The notes beneath the pieces were generated by a model that was not told the origin of the DNA, did no database searches, and worked only from the letters and a program-made list of their open reading frames with translations. A stretch of DNA of 64,000 nucleotides, taken from NCBI RefSeq assembly GCF_008831285.2, contig NC_045138.2:24180001-24244000 (forward strand), in the 5' to 3' direction. The stretch is from Nymphaea colorata. Lineage: Eukaryota. Below, piece after piece: positions 26,003 through 40,101 of the stretch (positions are counted from its first letter, which is position 1; each line of letters opens with the position of its first letter). A program made the translations under genes and the position numbers.

Positions 26003-27736
26003 ATGGATAACATGATCTCCTTCTTCTCGCTCTCAACCCTCTTCCTGGTAAGTGCCCATCGTCTCTCCTCTATCTGAGTAGCGAGCCCTACGATTCAGGC
26101 ACCGTAGAACTTGCGAGTGAGGGCCACCCTACCTGCCGGGAATTAAGCCGGCGTCTGCCGCCTTCAGCTTTCCCACATCGCCGCACACACGTCTCAAACT
26201 AGGAAGCATGCATTTCCATAACCGAGCAGTGTTTCGCAAAAAGATTGCCTTCATTAGTTCGACTTGAATTGCAGTATATGTGGTGGATGACTGTTTTCTT
26301 TTTTCAATCGATGGCACTTCCACTATAAATTCTTATTGGAATGAGGTCTTCCCAAAAACCCCCATGCCCTATGCCATTCCAGCTCTCCTGCCAACCTCTT
26401 AAGAGAATGGTCCTCTTATCTGTTAGTTTTCCAAAAAAAAAAAAAAAAAGATCAGCAGCAAGATCTGACATAGATACCATGTGTCTGTGTGCGTGCGTGT
26501 AAAATAATTGACGGCAATTTGAGACTCTTTAACCAGCTCTTGTGTGAAAGTTGTGCCTATTTGAAGCATGGTGTTGGAAACATTTGGCGGTGATTGGAAG
26601 ATGTTCAAATATTTTTGTAGTGTGGGAATAACTTTGTGCTTATTTTTGAAAGTTCTTCAATGTAAAGTAACATAAGCTCTAATCACCTTAATATGTCACC
26701 CACTTCAACTAATTGAGAGAGCTGCTGTCATTGCTGCGAGAAGTTATTTAATCGAGTCTTCAATTTGTGTAATCTGAAGACAGCTAAATTTGGTGCTAAA
26801 ATGGTTCTGGCAAACGTTTATGCACAAAAATTGATAAATTTTAATGCTTTTGGTGCAGCATTTTTTATTTTTATGCCACAAGAAAAAAAAACACTCCATT
26901 GTCCTGAAAACATGGACTAGAGAACTAGTAGTATGTCATATATATAAACTCGGAATATTTCCAATGCATAACTAAGATTGAGAAAACTTGTACTTCGTAA
27001 TTACTTCTGGCAGGATTTGGTGGCCCAGGAATCCGACCTTGGATTAGTAGGTGCAGTACACTGGGGCACAACCATGATGGGTCCAACATCAATTGGTCAC
27101 CGGATCTTGCACCTATCTTTATTTCCTAAGAGAAGACCTGCAGCCTGGTAGCAAGATGAACATCACCATGATGCTTCTAGCGGTGGCTTCAGTGTCAGCT
27201 CTGAGCCAACCTTCTTGCCACGCCAACAAGCTGAAGCTATTCCCTTCTCGTCCTCCAATCTCACTACCATCCTTAAGATGTTCTTCATTCAACCCCACCC
27301 TGAGCACGCATCACTTACCAGGCAAATGCTTGCCGATTGCGAGATTCCTGCACTTAAAGGAGAAGTTAAGTACTGTGCAACATTTCTGGAATCCATGATC
27401 AATTTCGTTGTCGCAGAACTCGGAAGCAGTGAGATTCATGCAGTGGTCACTTCCGTTGCTAACAAAGAGGAGAAAGTGAAGGCCAGCACTTACAGGGTAG
27501 GTGTTGGTGGGGGGAGGCTGATGTCCCATAAAGTGGTGACATGCCATGAGACACGGCCATACATGGTGCCATTGGTTGCTGATGATGGTAGCCAAGTAAA
27601 CGCCATTGTTTTGTGCCATTTTGATACATCAAATTGGAATCCTGGACACGCGAGCTTCCGGTTGCTGGGTGTGAAGCCGGGAATTGTTCCAATTTGTCAC
27701 TTCATTCTGAAGGATCTCGCCTGGGTCCCCAACTAA
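26003..27736 (+). pseudogene. BURP gene copy 5; type B exons 1-2 joined to type A intron and exon 3 (27014-27736)
   Basis: Exon 2 acceptor is deleted, there are frameshifts near 27115 and 27170, the second CH motif is deleted (CHETRPY), and the variable motif reads WISRC. Confidence 0.88.
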
Positions 27737-29240
27737 CCTTCATGCTACCTCCTTAGTTTGCGCCGACTAGAATGAACCGGTAGAAAATAAAATCAGGTAG
27801 CTTGCTTTATGTCGCGTGAGGTGTAAGAATCAAATCAAAATATCTAAGGCAACTCCCACCCCATTTAGTTGTTATGTGAGAGCTTTCCAATATGCAAAGG
27901 GTCCCCCTTGTATGCCCATCTGCCCAATTGTAAGGTCTTAACATTAAGTTAAATTATTGTCTGAACTTATCTATGCGCATGTAGCGTTGGAAACATAGAG
28001 TATAGAAGTCTGGAAATTGGTAGTGTCTATGTTTGATAATGAGGCACTCATCAACTGGGGAAGTCACATGTGAGCTAATGTGGGCAAGTGCCCACACAGT
28101 CTCACGCAATCTACGTATTTACATATTAGTTCGCCTCATCTGTTTGCATACTAATTTTATAATAATCATATTACTTTGTTATTATCTGTATCTGGTGCCC
28201 CTCATTTATTTTACTATGTATTTGATGGGTCTGAAATTCTTTGAATTAATCCCCTAAGGGAAAACTTTTTAACTCTGCCACTGGTGGGTCGACAGAATCC
28301 TACTCAGGCAGTTTGGTATTGCTGTAGCAATCATTATCATTGTTGTATGGCCAACAATGCCGTGCACTTACCGATACATGTCATTACTTCTTATTTATCA
28401 ATTTCTGGAATAATTTACAAAAAATTAAACTATTTCCAGTTAAATTTGAAATAAAAAAAATAAAACATATAAACCCGTATCATCCTTGTATCATTTTGTC
28501 AAGGTGCCGATACACTAATGTGGACATGCTCCAAGCTGCAGGTGGAGAATTTTTCCTTGATGTCCATGTCGGTATTGAAGAAGGGGACGACACCAGTGCT
28601 CTTTTCGTCATTAACTGGGAGTCCTCACTAAACTGCAAAGATTCTAAGGATGAGGCTTTACTTTAGCCTAGCGATGTCAATAAATCCCATAGATCGGATC
28701 CTACTACTTTAGGAAAAATCAGACATGAAAAAAAAAAGTTTAATATTCAATTAAAAAATCAAATCCGATTCGAAATTCAGAAATTACATCCGATCGGATT
28801 CGGGTTTTGAATGAATGTGGTGGAGGCAGATTAAGGTAAAATTTGAGGCCCGCTCTTCCGCCGGGCCGGTTGAATTAAAGGGTTCACAATGAGGAAGGAG
28901 CTGGTCTGCCTCTTGAAGGTGAGCATGGGATTGAAGTTTTACTTCTTTTGTCAAATTAGTTTGACAGTCTGTGTGTGTGAATTGATCGACCGATCAATGA
29001 TCTTCAACCCAAGGATGGATGTGTCCCGAACAATGATAAGGAGGGCAGGGGATGGAAGATCTTGTCTCTTGTATTCTGCCATCGAAATGGAAAAATCATG
29101 CCATTAGATTTCCCCGCGTTTACTTTGTTTAAGTTAGCACATGGTGATCAAAGAACCAGAGGCTCTGTTCTCTCTGGAATCCGTCACCCTTCTGGATATT
29201 CAACGCAAGCATCAATATTATCATCTTTGGTTGTTCTCAC

Positions 29241-29367
29241 AAAGCTCTTGGGATATGCTGGACCAACGAATAGCAGCTCCAGGGGACCAGGAAGCAGAGA
29301 TGGTGGCTGCTGTAGCCAAGCTTGCAGTCATGTGCATAGACATGAAACTGGAATCACGGCCTACAAT
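29241..29367 (+). pseudogene. Small fragment of LRR-RLK last exon
   Basis: [39 protein letters not shown] matches the RLK kinase C-terminus. Confidence 0.85.
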
Positions 29368-30537
29368 TTGTGATTTGTTAAAGATTGTATATTAAACTTA
29401 TACAATCATGACCTTGTTTGCCACGCACTGGATGTAAAATCGTTGTATACATACAAATATCATATGTAATCACATGCATACATAAAAAAATCTAAGATTT
29501 TTTTACAATGATCGGCATATGATTTAGTTGTCTGCCATTTCTTTCGTGCTCATGACCTAAAAATCTGTTGATATATAAATTTTTACAAAGTTCATTTAAT
29601 TTTTCATATTTTGACTCTTGTTATAATTTTGAAACTATAATTCAAAAAAATTTTGACTTCAGCCCCACCCCCACCCAAACCGTTTCAACAACGCTCTCAA
29701 AGATTTGTGATTTGTGTGTTCCCTTTATAGGAAAGGAACCATCGTCCAGAACGGGAGAATCTGCCGGAATGTGAGCAGGTTTTGTTTTCCGTTGATATCT
29801 ATTGTTTTCAGTTAGTGATCATACTACTTTCTTTTTGCTGCATCAACGAAATTGAAAATCTTCCATAGACTGAGAAACAAATGTCTTTTTCCAACATATA
29901 TATGTTAAAAATAAAAAGAACTAGAATAAATAAGAACAAACAATGGAAAACGTGTTTTCATTAAACATGCATGGTTTTTCATTATGAAGGGCCAACGTTA
30001 GCATTGATTACACGTAACATGGAAAGAACTTAAACATGTGAAGTTCCTATAATGTTGGCAACAATAAACATGAAAAACTAGAAATATTTTCTTTTCCTTT
30101 ATCATTAATTTTGATTTATCTTGCTCTTTCCTTGAATCTCTCTAAAATGGTTGCCTTTCAACCATTAGCAATATTAAAAAAATTAGGTCACACCTACCAA
30201 TGGGTGGAGCGAGTGGAAAAGAACTTAATTAATGGAGTTTACATGGTTCAAGATCTTTGTATCTAGCCATATGGGCGGCCATGCGAGGCACTTGGTCAAA
30301 CCTCGCGCCCACAGAAATGAAAACTGGAGCGCCTACTGGGACCACCAACCGGGATGTAAGCTTGTCGGTCTCATGAGTAAAAAATGAGGTCATTTTCTGC
30401 TTTCGTAAAATCTGTCGTATCTTTTGAAATATATATTCCAAATTCATATAAAAATGACATTTTAAATTAAATATTTTGCAACATTTAGGGACCATTGGTT
30501 GGAACCCTTTTGCTATCCAAGATTGCGTTGAGCCTGA

Positions 30538-31859
30538 ATGGATAACATCATCTCCTTCTTCTCGCTGTCAACCCTCTTCCTGGTAAGTGCTCATCTTCTC
30601 TCCTCCATCTGAGTAGCGAGCCCTTCGATTCAGGCACCGTAGAACTTGAGAGGGAGGGCCACCCTACCTGCCGGGAATTGAGGCGGTGGCTGCCGTCTCT
30701 GGCTTTTCCACATCGCCGCTCGCACGTCTCAAACAAGGAAGCATGCCTTTCCATAATGCCTCCATTAATCCGACTTGAATTGAATTGCAGTATATATGGT
30801 GGATGACAACTATTTCCTTTTTCCAATCTTATCAGCTCGTTGGGGCCACAAACGATGGCGCTTCTACCATAAGTTCTTATTGGAATGAGGTCTTCCCCAG
30901 AACCCCCATGCCCAATGCCATTCAAGCTCTCCTGCCATCCTCTCTAGAGATATCAGGTACTCTATTAGTAGTCCTCCTATCTGTTAGTTTTCCGTATATA
31001 TATCTAGCATTGACCAACTAGCCTTTTTCCCTGACTGACTGCAGGATTTAGTCGTGGTCTTCACCACTATGACCAAGAGAGAACAAATCCTGGTGGTCGA
31101 GCCTGGGCTAAAGGCTGGGGTGTGTTGGGTAATGACCACGATCAGTTTAAGCGTAATTGGTCACCGAACCTTGCACCTCTGTATTTCTTAAGGGACGACC
31201 TGCAGCCTGGTAGAAAGATGAACGTCACCATGATGATCAGTAGCCCAGTAGTGCATGGTTCTAACGGTGCTATCAACATTGAACCAACCTTCTTACCACG
31301 CCAACAAACTCAAGCAATTCCCTTCTTGACCTCTAATCTCACTACCATCCTTAAGATGTTCTCCATTGAACCCCACTCTGAGCATGCATCTCTTACAAAG
31401 CAAACGCTAGAAGATTGCGAGAGGCCTGCACTTAAAGGAGAAGTTAAGTACTGTGCAACATCTCTGGAATCCATGATCGACTTCGTTGTCGCGGAACTTG
31501 GAAGCCGTGAGATTCATGCAGTGGTCACTTCCGTTGTTAACAAAGAGGAGAAAGTGAAGGCCAGGACTTACAGGGTAGGTGATGGAGGGGGGAAGGTGAT
31601 GTCTCCCAAAGTTGTGACATGCCACGACGTGACGTTTCCTTATGCCGTCTTCTACTGCCATAATTTTCCGGGGACAAGGCCATACATGGTTCCATTGATT
31701 GCTGACGATGGTAGCCTGGTGAATGCCATTGCTTTGTGTCATTTTGATACATCAAAATGGAATCCTGGCCATGCCAGCTTCCGGTTTCTAGGCGTCAAAC
31801 CTGGAACCGTTCCCATTTGCCACTTCATTGTAAAAGACCTTGCTTGGGTCCCCAACTAA
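30538..31859 (+). CDS. BURP-domain protein copy 6, type B (exons 30538-30582, 30836-30956, 31045-31859; ~326 aa)
   Basis: Canonical GT-AG introns, open frame, signal peptide, variable segment GFSRGLHHYDQERTNPGGRAWAKGW, four CH motifs, WVPN*. Confidence 0.92.
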
Positions 31860-33717
31860 TCTACATGCTGCCTGCTTAGTTCCCAACCTTTCCTTGAGCT
31901 GTCTGGAGAGCCCTTGAATAAAATCCAGGGCAGAATTCCTCTATCATTGGTTTATGGCTTTGATGGATGATCTTCTAGAGCTCATGGTTTGGGCCAATTG
32001 ACCAGATTGTTTTGCAAATGAGTCACGCTAGAATGGATTCCATAGATGAAAGGCTTATCTTTTTTTTACGCATGAAACGCCAATGAAGATCTGAGAATGG
32101 CAAGGAACATGTACCCACCGAGTCCTTCGAGTGTTCCCCTGTTGCAGACACCAGGCAACAAACAGTAGGCACCCAATCACATGGCTTTAATATATTAATA
32201 TGGCTTTAAAATGAATAGCTTTTATCAATATGGCTGTAAGAATTTATCCATATAAAGGTAAAGATTGAGAGCAACGACTTTCTGACTTTGCAGATGCGAA
32301 ATCAGAGAAAAATGACCCAGAGATCATCTAATGCGCGACTTAGAGTTGGGGACCTCCAACGACATGGATCTAGAAATTCTTTCCCGCTGGAGCCAATACC
32401 GAGTAATTTACGCAGTCTTCGAAAGGATTAATCGGGATTGAGGGCTTACATTGGGAACAAAAAGATGATTGTGAAGTGGATCTGTGGGAGAGCAGAAGCG
32501 AATGGAATATTGGCCCTTATAAAACGATTTTTCACCATGAAATAAAGGAACGCATGATTGACGATTGAAAAAATTTAGATTGGCCCTTACAAAACTTAAA
32601 AAGGAACATCTTCATAACTGTCGTGAGAAATTGATCGATCCCTAGCTCTTCCTTCCGCAGAGATGTTAGCTTCTTAAATTGCGCTTCCCTTTCCTCCATC
32701 CGGAAGACCACATGCTCCACCAGCAGCCAAAAGGGGTCTTTCCATTACTCAAGTCTCCGGTTGAGCGCGTGAAAGAGAGTCTGGTCGTGTCCTCTCGTAG
32801 ACCTTGTTCATCGCGCAATTTCTTTCTCGACAGCCATGGGAAGAAGAAGACTTGCTTTTGGAAAATGAGTAGAGAATCAGCTGAACGACACCTCCCGTGA
32901 CTCCACTTTGCAATTTTGTCAATGTTGGGTCAATGTCGTTTCTTCGTGATTATCCGTATTTATTGTCCTTTTCATGCAACAACGATTCGAAAATCATATT
33001 TTCTTAAATTTTCCAACATGTTCGTCCTTTTTCTTTTCGGAAATTGGTAGGATAAACCTTGGCCCTCGTGAGAGTAATAATGCAATCTAAAAGACTTTCT
33101 CGAACCTCAGATGCACGTCTCTTTAACATCTTCGTTAAAGGTATTAATATATCCAATTTAAATATGATATCCGATTAAACTGTGTTCGCAAAAAACATCA
33201 CTGGTTATATTCAGATTTAAGAAATAATGTCCGATCAAATTTAAATTAAAATCAGATTTAGTTTTTAATAATATTCCATAGCTAATGCCCTTATGTTTTA
33301 ATTCAGATTTTGATGCTACTTTTTCACCCAAATTTAAACCTGACTATGTGAACAAAAAAAAAAGAAAAAAATTTGCTCCTTGGCTGGAAATTTCCAGCTC
33401 CACTGATCAAATGGTCCAAAGTGTAAAATGGAATGAGTCACGTTGTCTACCTAACATGTCCATCAAATGCATTGACGCATTGACTGGCGGTCAGCGGCCA
33501 TGCAATCTATGAATTTAACGCACCGATGACCTCACTTACCATATCTTATCGCGATATTTTCAGGATATAAACAACACTATGAGCAGCGTCTAGATATAAT
33601 TATCAGGCGGAAAAAGAAAAGAAGAAGATATCGGCCCTTATTAGCCCTATAAAATGGAGAGACGATTGCCGCCTTCTCCATGCAGATGATCATTTGAGTT
33701 CGAGCCAGCTTACTACA

Positions 33718-35451
33718 ATGGGCTGCTGGATTTCATTCTTCTCACTCTCAACTTTCCTCCTGGTAAGTGCTCCTATTCATCAACACCCACAACGCTGCAA
33801 ACACCATGGTCTCAAACAAGGAGGAATTTCTATTATAAAAAAAGATTCTCAGCATTAATCGAGCAGCATATATGGTGGATGATGGTTGTTTACTTTTCTT
33901 TTTGTTTTTGTTTTTGTTTTTTCCTTCTTACCAGCTTGTTGAGGCCACAAACACAAACAATGGCTCTCTCACTATAAAAGCTTACTGGAATGAGGTCTTC
34001 CCCACCACTCCCATGCCCAATGCCATTCAAGGTCTCCTACCATCCTCAACAAAGTTCTTAGGTACTCTCTCTTTCTCTCTCTCTCAAAAGCATCGCTCTA
34101 GCGAGAGTTTGGAGAAATTAGTGGTTTCTTAGGCATGTTTATACATGCCCTTTTCTTGCTTTTTCGTTTCTATCTAAGCTATTATTGAGAAGAAAAAGTT
34201 AAAATTACATTTCTACGGCTTCCCAAATTCACAGAATCACAGTTCTTGCTGAAAGGCAGGCATGCCCTCATGTTAGTTCCTAGCATTTGTAGAATGAGGA
34301 GCGTTGTGGGCGTGCACGGACTCACTGGCTGGGAAAAGTGAGTGTAGCCAGTCATCAAGGCAGTCCATTTATTTGAGGCATATTATCAAACATTCTGCGT
34401 GTATAAACGTTCAATATGAAAGTTGAAGGAAATATATTGTCGTCATTGCAGGAAGGCATCCCGCATGTTCTGCGCACAAGTCCAAATGGATTGCATATGT
34501 CTACCAGATACCATGTGTCTGTGTGTGTGCGTGTAAAATAATTGACGGCAATTTGAGACTCTTTAACCAGCTTTTGTGTGAAAGTTGTGCCTATTTAAAA
34601 CTCGAATTTTTTCAAAAGCATAACTAACTAAGATTGACAAAACTTTAACTTAATTTCTTCCTGCAGGATTTGGTGGCCCAGGAATCAGACCTTGGATTAG
34701 TAGGTGGGGCGCACTGGGGCACAACCATGATTCGTCCAACGTCAATTGGTCACCGGATCTTGCACCTCTTTATTTCCTAAGAGAAGACCTCCAACCTGGT
34801 AGCAAAATGAACGTCACCATGATGATCAGACCTGAATCATATGCTTCTAGCGATGGCCGCAATGTCAGCTCTGAGCCAACCTTCTTGCCACGCCAACAAG
34901 CTGAGGCTATTCCCTTCGCATCCTCCAATCTCACTGCCATCCTTAAGATGTTCTCCATTCAACCCCACTCTGAGCACGCATCTCTTACCAGGCAAACGCT
35001 TGCCGATTGCGAGATGCCTGCACTTAAAGGAGAAGTTAAGTACTGCGCAACATCTCTGGAATCCTTGATCGATTTCGTTGTTGCTGAATTCAGAACCAGT
35101 AAGATTCACGCCGCCGTCACTTCTGTTGTTAACAGAGAGGAGGAGGTGAAAGCCAGGAGTTACAGGGTAGGTGTTGGTGGGGGGAGGCTGATGTCCCATA
35201 AAGTCGTGACATGCCATGAGACGATGTTTCCTTGTGCAGTGTTCTACTGCCACAATTTTGCAGGGACACGGCCATACATGGTGCCATTGGTTGCTGATGA
35301 TGGTAGCCGAGTAAACGCCATTGCTTTGTGCCATTTTGATACATCAAATTGGAATCCTGGACACGCGAGCTTCCAGTTGCTGGGTGTTAAACCGGGAACT
35401 GTTCCCATTTGCCACTTCATTCTGAAGGATCTCGCCTGGGTCCCCAACTGA
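33718..35451 (+). CDS. BURP-domain protein copy 7, type A (exons 33718-33762, 33935-34061, 34667-35451; ~318 aa)
   Basis: TATA box, canonical introns, open frame, variable segment GFGGPGIRPWISRW, four CH motifs. Confidence 0.92.
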
Positions 35452-36706
35452 CCTTCATGCTACCTCCTTAGTGTGCACGGCGGTGTCCTAATGGTAAACT
35501 AGAATGAACCGATATTAAAATAAAATGGCATTGATCAGGTAGCTTGCCTTGTGTCTGGCCGTCAGACATGTAGTCTGTCAAGTGAAGTGTAAGCGTTAAG
35601 TTAAAAATACTTAATGCAACTCCCACCCTATTTAGTTGTTATGTGATAGCTTTCCAATACACAAAGGGTCCCCCTTGTTTGCACATCTGCCCAAATGTAA
35701 GGTCTTAACATTAAGTTAAATTATTGTCTGAACTTACATATGAGCATGTAGCATTTGAAACACAGAGTATGAAAGTTTGGAAATTGGTAGTTTATATATT
35801 TGATAATGAGGCACACATCAACAGCTGAAGCCACATGTGGGCAGTTGCCTACACAGTCCCACGCAATCGATTTATTTACATATTAATTAGTCTCGTCTGT
35901 ATGCATATTAATTTTATATAATTGTAATGGTGCACCTATCTATGTGTGAATTAATCGACCGATCAGTGGTCCTCAACCCAAGGATGGATGTGACCCGAAC
36001 AATGATAAGTGGACGGGTGGGCTTGGAAAAGGAGGACAGGGGATGGAAGTTCTTGTCTCCTGTATTCTGTCATCGAAATGAAAAAATCATGTCATTAGAT
36101 TTCCCCGCGTTTACTTTTGTTCAAGTTAGCGCATGGTGGTCAAAGAACCAGAGGCTCTGTTCTCTCTGGAATCCGTCATCCTGCTAGAGAAGGCCTTGGA
36201 TCTGAAGAATGTCACAGACCAGGACATTTTTTTATGTTTGACAGCAAGGTGTTACTATAGTCGGGTATTTAACATAAGCATCAATATTATGCAATTGATC
36301 ATAGAGCAGTGGCGCCTTCCCTGGTGACGAGTAACATAGTCCCAGACACCCAAGAGGACGTATGTTTCTCATCTTTTCTTTACGGGCATTGTCAAGTTGA
36401 CTACTTAGTTACCAATTGATTAGAAATTAACACACATGGTGATGCCTTTTGTTTATAGGTTGGATTTCCATTACAGTTTATTTAATGTATTTTTTTTCAT
36501 ATAAAAATGGGGCTGGATTGATTGCTTGTATGAAAAGGGCCTTACTCTTGATCTCATTTGTATACACCAAGATTTTCAGGTTACAAACAACATTGTGAAT
36601 AATATTCAGAACATTTTAATATTTCTCATCACCATGTAAGATGAAATCTTTAAGTCATTTGGATGTCTCAGCTCTCCAATTGTATTGCAACTGGCTGCAT
36701 GCGTGA

Positions 36707-36709
<3 letters not shown>

Positions 36710-36772
<63 letters not shown>

Positions 36773-36784
36773 TATATATATATA
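36710..36784. repeat. (AT)n microsatellite
   Basis: About 35 AT units with one interruption. Other microsatellites: (CT)n ~8345-8386, (AT)n ~38240-38276, ~41422-41455, ~41796-41830, (GA)n ~45053-45073. Confidence 0.95.
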
Positions 36785-36893
36785 CTTGTTGAAGCCACAA
36801 ACAATGGCCCGTGATCATAAATGCTTATCAGAACCACCACGCCCAATGCCAATGCCATTCGAGCTCTCTTACCATCCTCTGCAAAGATATCGG
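36785..36893 (+). pseudogene. Degenerate BURP exon 2 remnant
   Basis: CTTGTTGAAGCCACAAAC...AATGCCATTCGAGCTCTCTTACCATCCTCTGCAAAGATATCG|gta is homologous to exon 2, with a stop and indels. Confidence 0.7.
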
Positions 36894-38160
36894 TATGGTT
36901 AATAACAAAAATACCTCCAGTGCACAAAGAAAAAGAAAACTTTTTTATAAGGACAAAAATGAAAATTGAAAAAAAATAAAAAAAAAATAGAAAAAACATT
37001 TTTTTAATTGCAAAAATGTCCCCTCTGTTCTTACCACGTATATGTGTAGAGTATGCTGCGTACACAGCAACGAATCAAAAATCTTTTATATGAGCATATT
37101 TTTTCGAAACGTATTCTGTCACAAAGAGATGATAGGATATTTTTTAGATTCGGTCACAGAGAGATGGTAGAATATTTTTCTTATTCATGCGCTGCATTTT
37201 TGACCTAACTTTAAGAATGAATGGTAGAATCGACACGGGTTTGGATAACTCAAGCTTTACCAACTCAAGTTCTTCTTAAAAGGAACCACAATTCTCTACA
37301 AATTTGCAAACTAGACGCCCAACAAAATTGAAAAAATTGCATCCCAAATTTCTTACACACCAAATTGGTCGATCCGCTAATTTTAATAAACCTAAATCAT
37401 CTCCGTTTGCGTAATTATTATGTCACTGAAGCCAGTGGTAAGGCTAAAGGCTGACCGAACTTAATAATATACAACATATTAGTGGACAAATTTTTCATGT
37501 GTCCGTATGGTTAAAAACAAAAATACCTCCAGTTCAGAGTGGAGATAAAAAAAAAAAAAAAAACATTTTTGTAAGGACAAAAATGAAAATAGGAAAAAGT
37601 AAAAAAAAAATAGAAAGAACATTCTTTTTAAAAAAATTTACAAAAATGTTCCCTCTGTTCTTACACTTTGTGTAGTGTATGCTGTGCGCGCATCAACGAA
37701 TCAAAAATATTTTCTATGAGCATATTTTTTTGAACGTATTCTGTCACAGACAAATGGTAGGATATTTTTTAAATTCTGTCACAGAGAGATGGTAGGATAT
37801 TTTATAGATTCATGGGGTGCATTTTTTGACCTAACTTAAGAGGGAATGGTATAAATCTACAAGTGTCGTATGGTTAATGACGAAAATACATTCAGTTCAG
37901 ATAGAAAAAGAAAACTTTCTTGTAAGGAGAAAATCGAAAAAAAGTAAGATGACGAGAAATAAAAATTACAAAAATACCCCTCTATTCTTACAACATATTT
38001 GTGTTGTGTACGCTGCGCAACAACAATGAATCGAAAATCTTTTCTATGAGCATATTTTTTGAAACGTATTCTATCACATATAGATGCTAGCATATTTTTT
38101 TAGGTTCATGGGGTGCATTGTTTTGACCTAACTTAAGAAGGAATGGTAGAAATCGACAAG
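36894..38160 (+). repeat. Three diverged tandem copies of an AT-rich non-coding unit (related pieces at ~42980-43435 and ~45340-45445)
   Basis: Recurrent GTATGGTTAA...AAAATAC...GAGCATATTTTTT...CGTATTCT...TTTGACCTAACTT at ~36894, ~37505 and ~37868. Confidence 0.75.
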
Positions 38161-38237
38161 TGCAGTTGAGTGCTTAAAACAATTGGTCCAACATGTTCAT
38201 CCCACTCATTTTCACATTCTGGTGAAAATGTGCAGTT

Positions 38238-38277
<40 letters not shown>

Positions 38278-40101
38278 CAGGATCTATGGAAAACAGTAGA
38301 ACTGGACCCCATTTGCAATTTGCTTGCTGACACATATATATGGCTAGCAGTTGCAGAATTAAGAGCAAAAGAAGAGAGGAAAGCTTCAGCTTTGGATGCT
38401 TCTGTAAATTTGCTAGTGTTCATTACTGTCTATTTATGGACCATGGACTGAACCTAACAGCAGGAGACTCAATTATCGATGGGGACATGGAGATAATTGG
38501 TGTTTGCAAGTGGGTTCACATGTCTCTGACTCCCATCAATTTCTTATTGTTGTTTCCATTGAGAGAGAGAGAGAGAGTCCAAACGGAGATGCAAGGCCCA
38601 ACTGCAAATAATTTTGGTCAAAGCCTTTGGTCCATATGAAACTATCCCAACTGTTGAGACAATGTTCATGAGACAATTACATTTTGTTATGGCTGCCAAA
38701 GGGCCATTAAAGTTAAAGACAACATCAAACCGTGACAAAACCATCTAAACTTTCTTTATACAATAACCAACAAGGGTGTGTGAAGATGGTTGGAGACACT
38801 GTGTACCGACCGACAAGACAACAATATCGTGGTGGAGCTAATTAAACGTTTTAAAGATTTAAACGCCAATAACTACGTAACCGACGAGAATTATAATTAT
38901 ATTAAAGATATATCATCTACACGACTAGACTCCAACCAGGTTTGCTACGCCAGATAAAAGTGATGGAAGATTCATTTTGCTTGTATTAAAGGAATAAACC
39001 AATACAAGTTTGTGTTTGGTGCACGTAGGAACGACTCTTTGCCTGTCATATACTTGGCACGTGACAAGCTATAAGACAAGGAAGCCTGCCATAATCTGAC
39101 GACTGTACTAAGAGTTCACTCCAGCTCAGTATGAGTTGAGTTGAGTTTGGGTTAAGCCCCCCACTAAAACGATTAAAAATTTTATTTTTTCTTTTCTTTT
39201 AGTAAGTCCAAACAAACATGATTTTAGCAATTCCTTCCTTTTTATGTCAAAACAAGCTTTATAACATAATTACAAAAAATGTTTCGGAGTTTTAAATAGT
39301 GAAGTTTTTTCGGGTATAATACGGCGGGCTTGAAAAATATAAAAAAAAAACAAGGAAAAAATGATATTTAAAAAAAATTTAAAAACTAAAAATGAGAAAA
39401 AATAAAATAAGTGACAAATGATAACACAAATATCAAAAGACAAGTAAATTTGTAAAAAAAAAAAAAAAAAAAACTGTTTGGCATTAAAGAAATGAAAAAT
39501 GAGAAAAGCGAAAAAAGTTTTTTTTTTTTTTTCAACTTTTTTCTCAAAAAATGGGCTTTTATTAGTTTTAAACGACATTTCATTTTCTCACGTTTTTTTT
39601 TAAATTTTATTAAAAAATAAAGTGTTTTTTTATGTCTATTTTCGTCGTTTCGTTTCTTTTCTATTTTTTTTTTTTGCTTTTCTATTTCCTTTCCTTTCCT
39701 TTCCTTTCTTTTCCATTCTTCCATTTCTTTTTTCCTTCATCCTCCATCCTTCCATTTCTTTTTCCCTTCATCCAAACAAAGCCTAAAGCCTAAGGTCCAT
39801 TGGTGGGACCTTTTTGCTATCCAATATTGCGTTTGAGTCTAAATGGATAACATGAGATCATTCTTCTGCCTCTCAGCCCTTTTCCAAGATTGTGTTTGCT
39901 ATTCTTCATTGTCCTTATCGTCCCTCCTCCATCGACATTCGACAGTGAGCCCCATGATTCATAAAACTTGCCAGTGAGGGCCAATACTGAGTTCGAGACC
40001 TCCAACAACGGGGATCTACTACAAAATATCGGTCCTTATTAGCCTATAAATTGGAGAGACAGTTGCCGCCTTCTCCATACAGTTCGAGCCAGCTTGCTGC
40101 A

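Noticed and set aside
36606..37065. ORFs with IYIYIY runs
   Set aside because: Translation of the (AT)n microsatellite.
39270..39724. Phe/Lys-rich ORFs
   Set aside because: Poly-A/T low-complexity sequence within the AT-rich dispersed repeat.
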